Shown: positions 18,749-28,910 of the stretch, one piece after another
Layout of the letters: each line of letters opens with the position of its first letter
Position numbering within the stretch: the first letter of the stretch is position 1
Assembly: GCA_036518435.1 (NCBI GenBank)
Contig: DATDNF010000034.1
Location: 12,446-76,445, forward strand
Length of the DNA: 64,000 bases
Origin: Geobacteraceae bacterium
Lineage (GTDB): Bacteria; Desulfobacterota; Desulfuromonadia; Geobacterales; Geobacteraceae
Direction of reading: 5' to 3'
Translations under genes and position numbers: made by a program
Notes under the pieces: model-generated
Seen by the model: the letters and a program-made list of their open reading frames with translations, nothing else
Database searches by the model: none
What the model was told of the DNA's origin: nothing

Positions 18749-19087
18749 ATGGCACAGGTAACCGTAAATCTCCCCGAGTTAAAGGACTGGCGCACGACCA
18801 TCTTCGGCCTCGTCACGTCCATCGGGGCAGCACTCATGCAGTGGTTCCAGACCGGCCACATCACGTGGCAGAGGGCCGTGGCCTGCGCCCTGTGGGCCGT
18901 CTTCTGCTACCTCGTCCCGGACGCGAAGAGCAACGCGAACATGCAGGGGCAGATCGAGGCGCTCCTCGACGCAGTATCCAAGGCGCCCCCGACCACCGCG
19001 CCGGTCGACACTCTCAATGTGCCGGTGAATTCGGCCGCGACGCAGCCGGTGCAGGCTGCAATCGCCGAAACGGACGCGGCATTATAA
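18749..19087 (+). CDS. Holin candidate (two transmembrane segments)
   Basis: 112 aa. AAAGGAGAG ribosome-binding site. Transmembrane segments TIFGLVTSIGAALMQWF and AVACALWAVFCYLV. Stop overlaps the next ATG. Confidence 0.45.
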   Translation: MAQVTVNLPELKDWRTTIFGLVTSIGAALMQWFQTGHITWQRAVACALWAVFCYLVPDAKSNANMQGQIEALLDAVSKAPPTTAPVDTLNVPVNSAATQPVQAAIAETDAAL

Positions 19088-19464
19088 TGGACAGCATCGG
19101 CCCGATCCTGACCGTCATCGGCTCGATCATTCTCGTCCTGCTGAAGGCGTGGCAGGACGGGAAGCCGGGCCGGGACAAGGAGAACCGCAATGAAGAGATC
19201 CAGCGGGGGCGCCAGGCGATTACTGGCGGTGATGTGGCTGCTGTCGAACAGCGCATTGACCGGGTGCCAGCACGCGCCTCCGGCACTGCTGCACGACTCG
19301 GCAGCGATGAGGATACACAGAGGCGACTTGCCGCGCTCACCGGAGGCGGAGGGGTGGCTGATCTCCGACAACGCCCTGGCGAAGATCCTGGAGGCGGCGG
19401 AGGCATACCGATCAAAATAGCGAATGCCACGTTTATCGAGGGACAGGGACACCTCGTGATATAG
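19087..19464 (+). CDS. i-spanin (Rz-like): N-terminal transmembrane segment plus charged periplasmic domain
   Basis: ILTVIGSIILVLL transmembrane segment, then a charged, coiled region. Contains an embedded +1-frame lipoprotein ORF. Confidence 0.45.
   Translation: MDSIGPILTVIGSIILVLLKAWQDGKPGRDKENRNEEIQRGRQAITGGDVAAVEQRIDRVPARASGTAARLGSDEDTQRRLAALTGGGGVADLRQRPGEDPGGGGGIPIKIANATFIEGQGHLVI
19190..19420 (+). CDS. o-spanin (Rz1-like) lipoprotein embedded in the i-spanin gene
   Basis: AAGGAGA ribosome-binding site 7 nt upstream. MKRSSGGARRLLAVMWLLSNSALTGC gives a lipobox L-T-G-C. Lies entirely inside 19087-19464 in another frame. Confidence 0.45.
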   Translation: MKRSSGGARRLLAVMWLLSNSALTGCQHAPPALLHDSAAMRIHRGDLPRSPEAEGWLISDNALAKILEAAEAYRSK

Positions 19465-19486
19465 GTGTGTCTTTTTGTGTCTGTTG

Positions 19487-19519
19487 AAAAAAAGAAAAAG
19501 GCCCCGCGGATCGTCCGCG
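19487..19519 (-). terminator. Rho-independent terminator downstream of tRNA-Phe
   Basis: On the minus strand: CGCGGA-CGA-TCCGCG hairpin followed by a T-run (A-run 19487-19500 on +). Confidence 0.45.
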
Positions 19520-19534
19520 AAGCCTTGATTTTAC

Positions 19535-19610
<76 letters not shown>

Positions 19611-19673
19611 AAAAGAGAATCTATCTTATAAAACTATTTCTGGTCCGTGTCAACAGGTTTTTCGTCACCTTTC

Positions 19674-20237
19674 TTAAGCCCGCGAGATAAAACGGCCGTC
19701 ACGGGTATCCACCTTGACCTTGTTGCCCGACTCCAGGTAGGGGGGGACCTTGATCTTCAGGCCGGTTTCGAGGATGGCATCCTTGGTTTCGGCGGTGGCG
19801 GTGGCGTTTTTTATGACCGGCGCCGTGTCGGTGACCGTCAACTCCACGGTCATGGGGAGTTCCACGGTGACCATCCGTCCCTCGAACAGACCGAGGATCA
19901 CCTCGGTGCCCTCAAGCAGATATGGAGCGTTTGCCGCAAAGGCGTCCGCCTCCTGCTCGAACTGCTCGTAAGTCTCCAGGTCCATGAAAACGCCGCGGTC
20001 GCCGTCGGCGTACAGGAACTGCCCCTTGTGCCGCTCGAAATCCGCCTCCTCCACCTTGTCGCCCGAGCGGAAGGTCTTCTCCAGCACTTGGGCGGTGATG
20101 AGGTTGCGGTACTTGGTCTTCACCATGGTGTTGGCGCCGCGGGCCGAGGGGGACTGGAAGGTGACGTCGATGATCAGGCAGGGGGCGCCGTCGATCTGGA
20201 TGACCAGGCCCCGTTTGAAATCGGATGTGGTGAACAT
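19674..20237 (-). CDS. efp: Elongation factor P
   Basis: 187 aa. MFTTSDFKRGLVIQIDGAPC…KVPPYLESGNKVKVDTRDGRFISRA is canonical EF-P. Confidence 0.95.
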   Translation of the reverse strand: MFTTSDFKRGLVIQIDGAPCLIIDVTFQSPSARGANTMVKTKYRNLITAQVLEKTFRSGDKVEEADFERHKGQFLYADGDRGVFMDLETYEQFEQEADAFAANAPYLLEGTEVILGLFEGRMVTVELPMTVELTVTDTAPVIKNATATAETKDAILETGLKIKVPPYLESGNKVKVDTRDGRFISRA

Positions 20238-20338
20238 GGTCGTGATTCTCCTTTGGTAAAATTCCTTTATTCTTATCAGAAAATCATGCTAAATTCAACC
20301 GGCGGCACGAGTATGCCATTTATTTGCGGGGGCGTCCC

Positions 20339-20536
20339 ATGAAAATCGATACGGAGTTCATCAAGCTCGACAGCTTCCTCAAGGCGGTCAACGCCGTCGG
20401 GTCGGGGGGAGAGGCCAAGCTCCTGATCGCCGACGGCCTGGTGCGGGTAAACGGTGTGGCGGAGCTGCGCAGGGGGCGCAAGCTCCATTCCGGCGACCGG
20501 GTCTCCATCAACGGGGAAGAGTTTTCCGTAGAGTAA
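20339..20536 (+). CDS. S4-domain RNA-binding protein (YbcJ-like)
   Basis: MKIDTEFIKLDSFLK…GLVRVNGV…RGRKLHSGDRVSING. Confidence 0.6.
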   Translation: MKIDTEFIKLDSFLKAVNAVGSGGEAKLLIADGLVRVNGVAELRRGRKLHSGDRVSINGEEFSVE

Positions 20537-20548
20537 CGGGAGGCGCGC

Positions 20549-21079
20549 ATGGCGAGTCAGATCAAGATCGGGGTCAGTTCCTGCCTGCTGGGGGAGAGGG
20601 TCCGCTACGATGGTAGCGACAAGCGCGAGCCTTATATAGCGGACGTCCTTGGCCGCATCTTCGCGCTCGTCCCGGTTTGTCCGGAGGTGGGGTGCGGTCT
20701 CCCGGTCCCGAGGGAAGTGATGCGCCTGGAGGGGGACCCTGTCCATCCCCGGCTGGTCACTGTGGAGAGCCGACTTGACCTTACGGAACGGCTTCACGCC
20801 TGGTGCCGGCTGAAGGTGAAGGAGCTGGAAGGGGAGAATATCGCCGGCTTCATTCTGAAGAGCAGGTCCCCCAGTTGCGGCCTCTTCCGGGTCGAGGTTT
20901 TCTCACAGGGGAGAACGGAGAGCGGCCGGGGGCTCTTTGCCGCAGCGCTGACGGCATATTTCCCCGACTTGCCGGTCGAGGAGGAGGGGCGCCTGGGGGA
21001 CGTGCGGTTGCGGGAGGAGTTCATCGAGCGGGCCAGCGCCTACCGGCACCGGCGGAAAAGGGAAGAGGAGGCGCCGTGA
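20549..21079 (+). CDS. DUF523-family protein
   Basis: IKIGVSSCLLGERVRYDG…VPVCPEVGCGLPVPR signature. Confidence 0.55.
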   Translation: MASQIKIGVSSCLLGERVRYDGSDKREPYIADVLGRIFALVPVCPEVGCGLPVPREVMRLEGDPVHPRLVTVESRLDLTERLHAWCRLKVKELEGENIAGFILKSRSPSCGLFRVEVFSQGRTESGRGLFAAALTAYFPDLPVEEEGRLGDVRLREEFIERASAYRHRRKREEEAP

Positions 21080-21093
21080 CGCGAAAGAGGTTA

Positions 21094-21627
21094 ATGGTAA
21101 CCGGCTGGCTTGCCATGGCAAGCGCCATGCTGACGATCCCCTGGTTCATACTCACCGTTCTCCTTGGCGAGCAAAAAGGGGTTGTCCCGAAGGCGGCGGA
21201 GGCAGCCATGCTGGTTGCCGGCACCGTCCTGACGGTCTATCTCCTGGTGGCCCTGTTGCGGCTTCTCCATGAGAAGTACGCATTTCGCCAGGCCGACCTG
21301 CCCATCGACCTCCTCATCAAGGCCAACATCGTCTCGGCGGCGGTGAGCCTCCTGGGGCTCGCTCTCAACCAGTTGGAGTCTGCCGTCGGGGTCTTTGCCA
21401 TCATTATGGTCATCTTCGTCGGAGTCCTGCAGATTGCCTTCGGCGTCAGGCTCCTGCGGCTCCCGGATTCGCTTCAGGGACTGCACAGACCATACTGCTA
21501 CCTGAACATCGTCACCGGTTTCTGCCTGGTGCTCCTCGTCCTCCTGCCGGTCGGGATGCTGACCGGGGCAGTGGCGGACGTCATGCTCGGCACGATTTTC
21601 TTTCAGGCGGCGGCAAGCTCTGAGTAG
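21094..21627 (+). CDS. Integral membrane protein, unknown function
   Basis: Multiple hydrophobic helices. Alternative GTG start at 21076 overlaps the upstream stop. Confidence 0.45.
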   Translation: MVTGWLAMASAMLTIPWFILTVLLGEQKGVVPKAAEAAMLVAGTVLTVYLLVALLRLLHEKYAFRQADLPIDLLIKANIVSAAVSLLGLALNQLESAVGVFAIIMVIFVGVLQIAFGVRLLRLPDSLQGLHRPYCYLNIVTGFCLVLLVLLPVGMLTGAVADVMLGTIFFQAAASSE

Positions 21628-21636
21628 CTCCCCTTT

Positions 21637-22752
21637 TCAGAACAGCGGCGGGACATCGCGTGCCAGGAGGGGCCGTGGGGCCAGGTGTTCCGGGAGACGC
21701 AGGATGGTGACCCCCGGGGGGGAGGTCAGCTCTTCGTAGAGGAGCCGGCTGCGGCCCACATAGCTCTTGGAGAGGTGCATAGGCAGGACGAAGGGGGGGC
21801 GGAGCCGCTCGATCAGGCAGTTGAGGTCGTCTGTACAGAGATGCCGGGAGCGCCGGGCCTTGTCCCGCTCCGCGGCCAGAAAGGAGCATTCGCAGACCAG
21901 CAGGGTCACCCCAGCCATCAGGGAGAGGACCTTTTCCAGGTTCGCCTCGCTGAAATCGACATCGGTGACGTAGCCGACGGCGGCCGGAGGTTCGTCTCTG
22001 CGGATCGCCTCATACAGTTTCCGGGCCTCAGTCACCTGCTGTTCACCGTTCGTTTTCCCCTGCCGGCGCAGGACCGTCAGAGGCGCCGGATCTGAAAAAC
22101 CACAGTGAAAACGCTTCTGCAGCTCCTTCAGCCAGTCCCCCCGCACCAGTCCTGCCCTGTTCAGCTTCTCCTCATTTATGCCGAACGACGGCGCCTCCGT
22201 AAGCCGGTAGATGACCGAGGGGATCTTGTGGTCGCACAGTTCTGCCTCCACTGCGAGATGCCCGGTGCGGTGGATGATCCTGTCGTGCCGGGGCTCTCCG
22301 CCGGCGATGCGGCAGGGGAACCCCTCCCCTCCCGGCAGGAGGAACGTTGCCGTCCGGTCGGAGAAGATCTCGTGGACCCGCAGGGTGCACCAGGAGGGTT
22401 CGGTTAGGTTCCAGTCGTACCCCGAGAGTTTCCGCGCGGTCTTGCCGGCGATCCCCGGCGGACCGTAGATGTCGAAGGTGCGGGGGGAGACATGGTTGTT
22501 CCGGATGAATGTGTCGAGCCCCATGAAGTGGTCCATGTGTCCATGGGAGACGAACAGGGCATCCACCGAGCGGAGGACCCGTTTGGCCAGGTGCTGGATC
22601 TGGCCGCAGTCGAGAAGGCAGGCCCTCCCGCTGGGGCGGACGTGGAGGTAGAGGACCGGGTCGTCCAGGAGCCCGGCGAAGAAGGTCGGTTCGAGGAAGC
22701 GGAAGGGTGTGCGGCGGGGCATCGGCATCTCCCGCCCGTCGGCAACGGGCAC
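21637..22752 (-). CDS. MBL-fold metallo-hydrolase
   Basis: VSHGHMDHFMGLD motif (HxHxDH). Alternative start at 22728. Confidence 0.7.
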   Translation of the reverse strand: MPVADGREMPMPRRTPFRFLEPTFFAGLLDDPVLYLHVRPSGRACLLDCGQIQHLAKRVLRSVDALFVSHGHMDHFMGLDTFIRNNHVSPRTFDIYGPPGIAGKTARKLSGYDWNLTEPSWCTLRVHEIFSDRTATFLLPGGEGFPCRIAGGEPRHDRIIHRTGHLAVEAELCDHKIPSVIYRLTEAPSFGINEEKLNRAGLVRGDWLKELQKRFHCGFSDPAPLTVLRRQGKTNGEQQVTEARKLYEAIRRDEPPAAVGYVTDVDFSEANLEKVLSLMAGVTLLVCECSFLAAERDKARRSRHLCTDDLNCLIERLRPPFVLPMHLSKSYVGRSRLLYEELTSPPGVTILRLPEHLAPRPLLARDVPPLF

Positions 22753-22829
22753 AGAACGTTACCCCGCAATGATACCACACTTGGACGCGCGGGCTTGCAT
22801 GAGCCGGCAAAAGTCCATCCCCCTGTAGC

Positions 22830-22860
22830 AAAAAGGCCCGCAGAGCGCGGGCCTTTAAAA
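22830..22860 (-). terminator. Terminator after hemB
   Basis: GGCCCGC-AGAG-GCGGGCC hairpin followed by a T-run on the minus strand. Confidence 0.5.
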
Positions 22861-22862
22861 AT

Positions 22863-23876
22863 TCAGGGACAGCCGCAGCGGCTTGTCCTGGAGACTTCAT
22901 ATCCCTTGTGGAGGAGTTTTGCCACCTCCATGGCATGGTAGGTGAGGATCAGGTCGGCGCCGGCGCGCTTGAAGGAGAGCATGGTCTCCATGGTGACCCG
23001 GTCCTCGTCGATCCACCCCATCTTCGCCGCGGCCTTGATCATGCTGTACTCGCCGGAGACGTTGTAGACCGCGACCGGGAGGTTGAATTCGTTCCTCATC
23101 TCCCGGACGATGTCGAGATAGGGGAGCCCCGGCTTGACCATGATGATGTCCGCCCCCTCCTCTACGTCCATCTGGGCCTCGCGCAGGGCCTCCAGGCGGT
23201 TTGCCGGGTCCATCTGGTAGGAGCGGCGGTCGCCGAACTGGGGGGTGGATTCGGCCGCCTCGCGGAACGGGCCGTAGTAGCCGGAGGCGTACTTCACCGC
23301 GTAGCTCATCAGCGGGAGGTCCTGGAATCCGTTCTCGTCCAGGGTCTCCCGGATGGCGGCGACCCGGCCGTCCATCATGTCAGAGGGGGCGACCATGTCG
23401 GCGCCTGCCCGGGCGTGAGAGAGAGCCTCCCTGGCCAGGAGCTCCAGGGTCGCGTCATTGTCCACGTCGTTGTCCTTGATGATGCCACAGTGGCCATGGT
23501 CGGTGTACTCGCACATGCAGACGTCGGTGATCACCGCGAGCTTCGGCACCTCTTTCTTCAGGGCGCGGATGGTCTCCTGGATGATGCCGTGCTCCGCGTA
23601 GGCGTCGCTTCCGACCGCATCCTTCTTTTCCGGGATGCCGAACAGAAGCACCGCCGGGATACCCAGCTCATAGGCTTCCTGGGCCTCCGCCACGATGTGC
23701 TCGATCGACTGCTGGTAGATGCCGGGCATGGAGGAGACCTCCTTCCTGATCCCCGTGCCGAAGGCGGAGAACATCGGGTAGATCAGGTCGTTGACCGACA
23801 GGGAAGTCTCGCGGACCATGGTGCGGAACACCTCTTTGCCTCTGATGCGGCGGGCACGGAATTGGGGAAAGAACAT
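22863..23876 (-). CDS. hemB: Porphobilinogen synthase (delta-aminolevulinate dehydratase)
   Basis: [13 protein letters not shown]… is a canonical HemB N-terminus. Start chosen at the internal Met of the longer ORF. Confidence 0.9.
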   Translation of the reverse strand: MFFPQFRARRIRGKEVFRTMVRETSLSVNDLIYPMFSAFGTGIRKEVSSMPGIYQQSIEHIVAEAQEAYELGIPAVLLFGIPEKKDAVGSDAYAEHGIIQETIRALKKEVPKLAVITDVCMCEYTDHGHCGIIKDNDVDNDATLELLAREALSHARAGADMVAPSDMMDGRVAAIRETLDENGFQDLPLMSYAVKYASGYYGPFREAAESTPQFGDRRSYQMDPANRLEALREAQMDVEEGADIIMVKPGLPYLDIVREMRNEFNLPVAVYNVSGEYSMIKAAAKMGWIDEDRVTMETMLSFKRAGADLILTYHAMEVAKLLHKGYEVSRTSRCGCP

Positions 23877-23937
23877 GATGTGTCTCCTTTCAGGCAGAGT
23901 GAAGTTGTAATAAAAGACTAAAAAGCTAAAAGCTTTC

Positions 23938-23970
23938 ACCGCAGAGAACGCAGAGGTACGCAGAGAAACC
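23938..23970. repeat. (CGCAGAG)x3 tandem array; inverted partner at 24033-24060
   Basis: ccgcagagaacgcagaggtacgcagag versus ctctgcgctctctgcgtcctctgcgg (reverse complement taccgcagaggacgcagagagcgcagag). Confidence 0.6.
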
Positions 23971-23994
23971 AGAAAAAACCAGAGAGGTTCTGGG
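23969..23994 (-). terminator. Terminator after the cobA/hemD gene
   Basis: Minus strand: CCAGAACCTCTCTGG followed by TTTTTT. Confidence 0.5.
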
Positions 23995-24029
23995 GCTATA
24001 TCTTATCTCACTGTTTCGGTTTTTTGGCC

Positions 24030-25598
24030 TTACTCTGCGCTCTCTGCGTCCTCTGCGGTAAGAAAAGGTTTTGCGAAATAGTCTACGATCTCCGCGGTCA
24101 GTGCCGAGACGGTGTATTCCTTTGGTTCGATGTTTACGTCCAGCCCCAGCTCACGGCAGGTGCGCGCGGTGATCGGCCCGATCGCCGCGACCGCCACCCC
24201 TTCCAGAAGGTGGAGGAGCCGGTTTTCCCCGATCATGGCGGCCAGGTTCTCGGCGGTGGAGGAGGAGGTGAAGGTGACGCAGTCGATGCGCCGCTCCTCC
24301 AGCGCCTGCAGGGTTCGGGCAGGGAGGGCGGCGGGGATGACGTTGCGGTAGGCGACCGGTGCGATTACCTCGGCCCCCAGTGCCGCGAGTCCCGCTGGGA
24401 TCATCTCTCGGGCCCGGTCGGCCCGTGGGAAGAGGACGCGCGTGCCGACGATGTCCAGCGCCCGGAACGCCTCGACCACCCCTTCCCCCTTGTAGTCGGC
24501 CGGCACCAGGTCCGGCCTGATCCCGTACGGCGCGAGGGTTGCCGCGGTCTTCGGTCCCACCGCGCAGACCCGGGCCGGGCCGATGGCCCTCGCATCCAGA
24601 CCCAGCTCAGCCAGGCGGGAGAAGAAAAATCGCACGGCGTTGGCCGAGGTGAAAATCAGCCAGTGGAATTCGGCCAGCGAGGTAATCGCCTCGTCCAGCC
24701 CGGCGGATTCCTCCGGCGAGACGATCTCGATGGTGGGGCACTCGTGGACCTGGGCGCCGTATCCGGTCAGGAGCCGGCTGAACTCGCCCGCCTGGTCGGC
24801 GGCCCGGGTGACGAGAATGCCCCGGCCGAACAGCGGCCGGTTGTCGAACCAGCGCAGGTTCTCGCGCAGCCGCACCACTTCGCCCACCACGGTGACAGCC
24901 GGGGCCTTGAAGCCAGCCCTTCTCGCTTTTTCGGCGATGTCGGCCAGGGTGCCGACCAGGACCTCCTGCTCCGGCCGGGTCCCCCAGCGGATCAGCGCCA
25001 CCGGCGTTTCCGGGGCGCGGCCATGGCCGATGAGGTTGGCGGTGATCTCGGGGAGGTTCTTCATCCCCATGTAGAAGACGACCGTGCCGCTCCCGAGGGA
25101 GAGGCGCTCCCAGTCGATCTCCGACACCTCCTTGCCGGGGTGCTCGTGGCCGGTGACGAATGCCACCGAGGTGGTAACGTGGCGGTGGGTGAGGGGGATG
25201 CCGGCGTAGGCGGGGGCGCCGATCCCGGCGGTCACCCCCGGCACCACCTCGAAGGGGACCCCTGCTGCCACCAGCGCCTCGCACTCCTCGCCGCCGCGGC
25301 CGAACACGAAGGGGTCCCCTCCCTTGAGGCGGGCCACCACTTTCCCTTCGCGGGCCTTGGCTACCAGGAGCGCGTTGATCTGCTCTTGCTCCCGGTTGTG
25401 GGCACCCCCCACCTTGCCGGAGTAGATCGATTCGGCACCGGCCTTCGCGTGCCGGAGCAACTCCCCATTGGCCAGGTAGTCGTACATGATCACGTCGGCC
25501 CGGGCGATGCACTCCCGCCCCTTGACGGTGATCAGCCCCGGGTCGCCGGGGCCCGCGCCGATAAGGTAGACGTAGCCTTTTTTGTGGGAATCGGTCAT
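24030..25598 (-). CDS. cobA/hemD: Uroporphyrinogen-III C-methyltransferase / uroporphyrinogen-III synthase fusion
   Basis: N-terminus MTDSHKKGYVYLIGAGPGDPGLITVKG (SAM methyltransferase). C-terminal half is HemD-like. Start chosen at MTDSH. Confidence 0.8.
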   Translation of the reverse strand: MTDSHKKGYVYLIGAGPGDPGLITVKGRECIARADVIMYDYLANGELLRHAKAGAESIYSGKVGGAHNREQEQINALLVAKAREGKVVARLKGGDPFVFGRGGEECEALVAAGVPFEVVPGVTAGIGAPAYAGIPLTHRHVTTSVAFVTGHEHPGKEVSEIDWERLSLGSGTVVFYMGMKNLPEITANLIGHGRAPETPVALIRWGTRPEQEVLVGTLADIAEKARRAGFKAPAVTVVGEVVRLRENLRWFDNRPLFGRGILVTRAADQAGEFSRLLTGYGAQVHECPTIEIVSPEESAGLDEAITSLAEFHWLIFTSANAVRFFFSRLAELGLDARAIGPARVCAVGPKTAATLAPYGIRPDLVPADYKGEGVVEAFRALDIVGTRVLFPRADRAREMIPAGLAALGAEVIAPVAYRNVIPAALPARTLQALEERRIDCVTFTSSSTAENLAAMIGENRLLHLLEGVAVAAIGPITARTCRELGLDVNIEPKEYTVSALTAEIVDYFAKPFLTAEDAESAE

Positions 25599-25696
25599 AG
25601 GTAGGGTTATGTAGGGGAGAGGCATGCCTCTCCCATTTTTCTGCTGACGCCGTAAGTTCAGGGCGACGCATGCGTCGCCCCTACGAGGCAATCCGG

Positions 25697-26653
25697 TTAC
25701 ACCGGAATTTCCTTTTCCCGGCTTACTTCCCGCTGGTAAACCTCCGAGAGGATCTCGTGGCCGCCGTCCTTCAGGAGCTGCTCGGCCAGGGCGATCCCGA
25801 GCTTTTCGCACTCCGTTGCCTCCCCGGTGATGCTCCCCCGCACGGAGCGGCTCCCGTCCACCGAGGCGATGAAGCCGACCAGCAAAAGCGTATCTCCCTT
25901 GACCTCGCCGTGGGCCGCGATCGGTACCTGGCACCCTCCCTCGCAGCGCCACAGGAGCGCCCGTTCTGCCCGCACCGCGTGGGCGGTGTCCGGATGGTTG
26001 AAGAAGGCGATGGTCTCTTTCACCTGCTCGTCGTCCAGGCGGCACTCGATGCCGAGGGCACCCTGGCCGATGGCGGGGATGGAGAAGTCGGCCGGGAGGT
26101 ACTCGGCGACCTTTTCGGTGAAGCCGAGCCGCTTGAGTCCCGCGGCGGCAAGGATCACCGCATCCAGTTTGTCCTCGTCCAGCTTGCGGATGCGGGTCTC
26201 CACGTTGCCGCGGATGATCACCATCTCCAGGTCGGGACGGACCTTCAGGAGCTGGGCCTGGCGGCGCAGGGCGCTGGTGCCGATCCGCGCCCCTTTCGGC
26301 AGGTCGGCGAACTTGACGTTGCGGGAGATCACCGCGTCGCGCGGGTCTTCCCGCTCGGTGATGCAGACGAGGCCGAGCCCGTCGGGGAACTCGGTCGGCA
26401 CGTCCTTCATGCTGTGCACCGCGATGTCGATCTCACCCCGGAGCATCGCCTCCTCGATCTCCTTGACGAACAGTCCCTTGCCGCCCACCTGGGCCAGGGG
26501 GACGTCGAGGATTTTGTCGCCGATGGTCTTGATCTTGGTGAGGGTCACTTCCATCCCCGGGTAGCGTTTCTCCAGCTCCGACTTCACCCAGTTGGCCTGC
26601 CAGAGCGCCAGCTGGCTGGCGCGGGTACCTATTCTCAGTTGTTTCAGTGCCAT
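25697..26653 (-). CDS. hemC: Hydroxymethylbilane synthase (porphobilinogen deaminase)
   Basis: MALKQLRIGTRASQLALWQA… is canonical. Confidence 0.9.
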   Translation of the reverse strand: MALKQLRIGTRASQLALWQANWVKSELEKRYPGMEVTLTKIKTIGDKILDVPLAQVGGKGLFVKEIEEAMLRGEIDIAVHSMKDVPTEFPDGLGLVCITEREDPRDAVISRNVKFADLPKGARIGTSALRRQAQLLKVRPDLEMVIIRGNVETRIRKLDEDKLDAVILAAAGLKRLGFTEKVAEYLPADFSIPAIGQGALGIECRLDDEQVKETIAFFNHPDTAHAVRAERALLWRCEGGCQVPIAAHGEVKGDTLLLVGFIASVDGSRSVRGSITGEATECEKLGIALAEQLLKDGGHEILSEVYQREVSREKEIPV

Positions 26654-26684
26654 TGCAACCTCCTCAAAACTTATTTAACAGGGA

Positions 26685-26750
26685 TATTCAGGATGTTCAG
26701 GATGAAAAACCATTGGGTTCTGGGCTTATCCTGATTATCCTGTTCATCCT
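26685..26750. repeat. Inverted arrays of AGGATGAA-type heptads in the hemA-hemC intergenic region
   Basis: tattcaggatgttcaggatgaa … cttatcctgattatcctgttcatcct, flanking attgggttctggg. Confidence 0.55.
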
Positions 26751-26766
26751 TGTCAATTTCGGGTTC

Positions 26767-28071
26767 TTATTCTTCAAGCTCTCCGAGCTCTTCTTCCTCC
26801 GGCCCCTCCGTTTGCAGCTCGAACAGCTGTCGCAGGGCATCCACGTAGAGGTCGGTTCGTCCCCCCTGGCCGGTCCGCTTCAAAAGGCTCGTGGGGGCGT
26901 GGAGGAGCTTGTTGACGATGGCGGCGGTGCATGCCTCCAGCCGCTTCTGACCGTCGGGGGGAAGCTCCTTCCAGCCGGCCAGGGTTTTTCCCAGTTCCGC
27001 CCGGCGGACCTCCTCGAACCTGGACCGGAGCGCCACGATGGTGGGGGTCACCTCCAGCGAGGAGAGCCATTTGAAGAACTGGCCGATTTCCTGGTCGATG
27101 ATGGCCTCCGCCTTCTCCGCCTCCTTGTTCCGCTGTTCCAGGTTGGTGGCCACCACCCCCTGGAGGTCGTCCATGTCGTAGAGGTAGACGTTCGCCACGT
27201 CGTTCACCTTCGGGTCGATGTCGCGCGGCACCGCAATGTCGATGAAGAACATCGGCTTGAGCTTGCGGCGGCGGATCACCTCCTCCACGTCTTTTGCCCC
27301 GATGATGAAGTGGGTGGCGCCGGTTGAGGAGAGGATGATGTCGGCCTTGTGAAGCTGGTCGATGAAGTCTTCGAAGCTGACCGCCCGCCCGCCGAATTCC
27401 TCGGCCAGCCTGACCGCCCGATCGTAGGTCCGGTTGGTGACCATGACGCCGCGCACGCCGCTGTTCAGGAAGTGCTTGGCGGCAAGCTCGCACATCTCGC
27501 CGGCGCCGACCAGCATGACAGTCTTGTCGGTAAGGTCGCCGAAGATCTTCTTTGCCAGCTCCACTGCGGCGAACGAGACGGAGACGGCCGACGAGGCGAT
27601 CTTGGTCTCGGTCCTGACCCGTTTCGCGACGGAGAACGCCTTGTGCAGAAAGCGGTTGAGGATGATGCCGGAACTCTTGAATTCGGCCGCGTAGCCGTAG
27701 GAGGTCTTGATCTGGCCGAGGATTTGCGGCTCCCCGACCACCATGGAATCGAGGCTGGAGGCGACCCGGAACACGTGGCGGATCGCCGCCTCGCCGTAAT
27801 GGCTGTAGAGATGCGGCTCCAGCGTCTCCAGGGGAATCTGGTGGTAATCGGCCAGGAAGCGCTTCAGCCGGGCCATCCCGCCGGCGACGTCGTGGGTGGT
27901 GGCGTAGAGCTCCACCCGGTTGCAGGTGGAGACGATCACCGCCTCGGTAACGTCGGGGAGCTCCACCAGCTCCCGCAGCGGTTTCTCCATATGGTTCGGG
28001 GCGAAGGCGACCCTCTCCCGGATGTCTACCGAGGCTGTCTTGTGCGAGAGCCCTACGACAACGATGTTCAT
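26767..28071 (-). CDS. hemA: Glutamyl-tRNA reductase
   Basis: [21 protein letters not shown]… is canonical. Confidence 0.9.
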   Translation of the reverse strand: MNIVVVGLSHKTASVDIRERVAFAPNHMEKPLRELVELPDVTEAVIVSTCNRVELYATTHDVAGGMARLKRFLADYHQIPLETLEPHLYSHYGEAAIRHVFRVASSLDSMVVGEPQILGQIKTSYGYAAEFKSSGIILNRFLHKAFSVAKRVRTETKIASSAVSVSFAAVELAKKIFGDLTDKTVMLVGAGEMCELAAKHFLNSGVRGVMVTNRTYDRAVRLAEEFGGRAVSFEDFIDQLHKADIILSSTGATHFIIGAKDVEEVIRRRKLKPMFFIDIAVPRDIDPKVNDVANVYLYDMDDLQGVVATNLEQRNKEAEKAEAIIDQEIGQFFKWLSSLEVTPTIVALRSRFEEVRRAELGKTLAGWKELPPDGQKRLEACTAAIVNKLLHAPTSLLKRTGQGGRTDLYVDALRQLFELQTEGPEEEELGELEE

Positions 28072-28910
28072 TTGTTCGCCCCTCCGAGCAGCTGTTTGTA
28101 GCTGTGCTGCGATTCACTCGGAAGGAGATTCACTCCCAGAAAGGTGAAGAGGAGGATGCAGAAGCCGACGATCGCCAGGATGGCGGCCCTTCTGCCGCGC
28201 CAGCCGGTGGTGAGCCTGCCGTGCAGGAGCGCCGCGTAGATGAACCAGGTGATCAGCGACCAGGTTTCCTTCGGGTCCCAGCTCCAGTAGGTCCCCCAGG
28301 CGGTTTCGGCCCAGATGGCGCCGGTGATTATGGCGATCGTCAGGAGCGGAAAGCCGAAGGTGAGGCAGCGGTAGTTGATCTCGTCCAGCACGTCGAGGGA
28401 GGGGAGTTTCTGGTAGAGGGGGCCGAGCCGCTTCCGCTTCAGGAAGTGTTCCTGGATCAGGTACATGATGGCGGCGCCGAAGGCAACAGCGAAGGTCGCG
28501 TAGCTCACGAAGGCGAGGGACGAGTGGACCAGCAGCCAGTTGCTCTTGAGCGCTGGCGGCATCTCCGGGATCGTACCGGGGTAGATGCTGGAGCCGATCA
28601 TCAGGAGGAGCGCCAGGGGGGTGACGAAGGAGCCGAGGATGAAGATGTGGTATTTGCGCTCGAAGGCGATGAACACGCCGACGATGGCGAGACTGAAGAA
28701 GGAGAGCGATTCGTGGAGGTTGGTGATCGGGGTGTGCCCCGCCTCGAAATAACGGACGACCGTGAAGACGCAGTGGATCAGGAAGCCGGCGGAGATCAGC
28801 CAGTGGGCGGCCCGGCCCAGGATCGGCAGCGGCTTCAGCAGATAGACGAGATAGGCGACGGTGGCGATGAAATAGAGGCCGAGCGTGGTGTAGAAGAAGA
28901 GGGCGTTCAT
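28068..28910 (-). CDS. Cytochrome c assembly protein (CcsA/HemX-like)
   Basis: Polytopic membrane protein with the W-rich motif [13 protein letters not shown]. Overlaps hemA by 4 nt. Confidence 0.7.
   Translation of the reverse strand: MNALFFYTTLGLYFIATVAYLVYLLKPLPILGRAAHWLISAGFLIHCVFTVVRYFEAGHTPITNLHESLSFFSLAIVGVFIAFERKYHIFILGSFVTPLALLLMIGSSIYPGTIPEMPPALKSNWLLVHSSLAFVSYATFAVAFGAAIMYLIQEHFLKRKRLGPLYQKLPSLDVLDEINYRCLTFGFPLLTIAIITGAIWAETAWGTYWSWDPKETWSLITWFIYAALLHGRLTTGWRGRRAAILAIVGFCILLFTFLGVNLLPSESQHSYKQLLGGANK

Larger units (their letters stand above)
1..19534. mobile_element. T7/SP6-like (Autographiviridae-like) podovirus prophage, right arm only; extends beyond the window start. Structural, terminase, tail and lysis modules, ending at the tRNA-Phe 3' end.
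   Basis: Contiguous co-oriented + strand genes with T7-like synteny and motifs. gp11-like N-terminus; gp19-like 'AFRGxxKS...ADExxxDDVE...YIGT' terminase; gp17 N-terminal-like adaptor. Lysis cassette at the end; adjacent to the tRNA 3' end. Confidence 0.75.
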
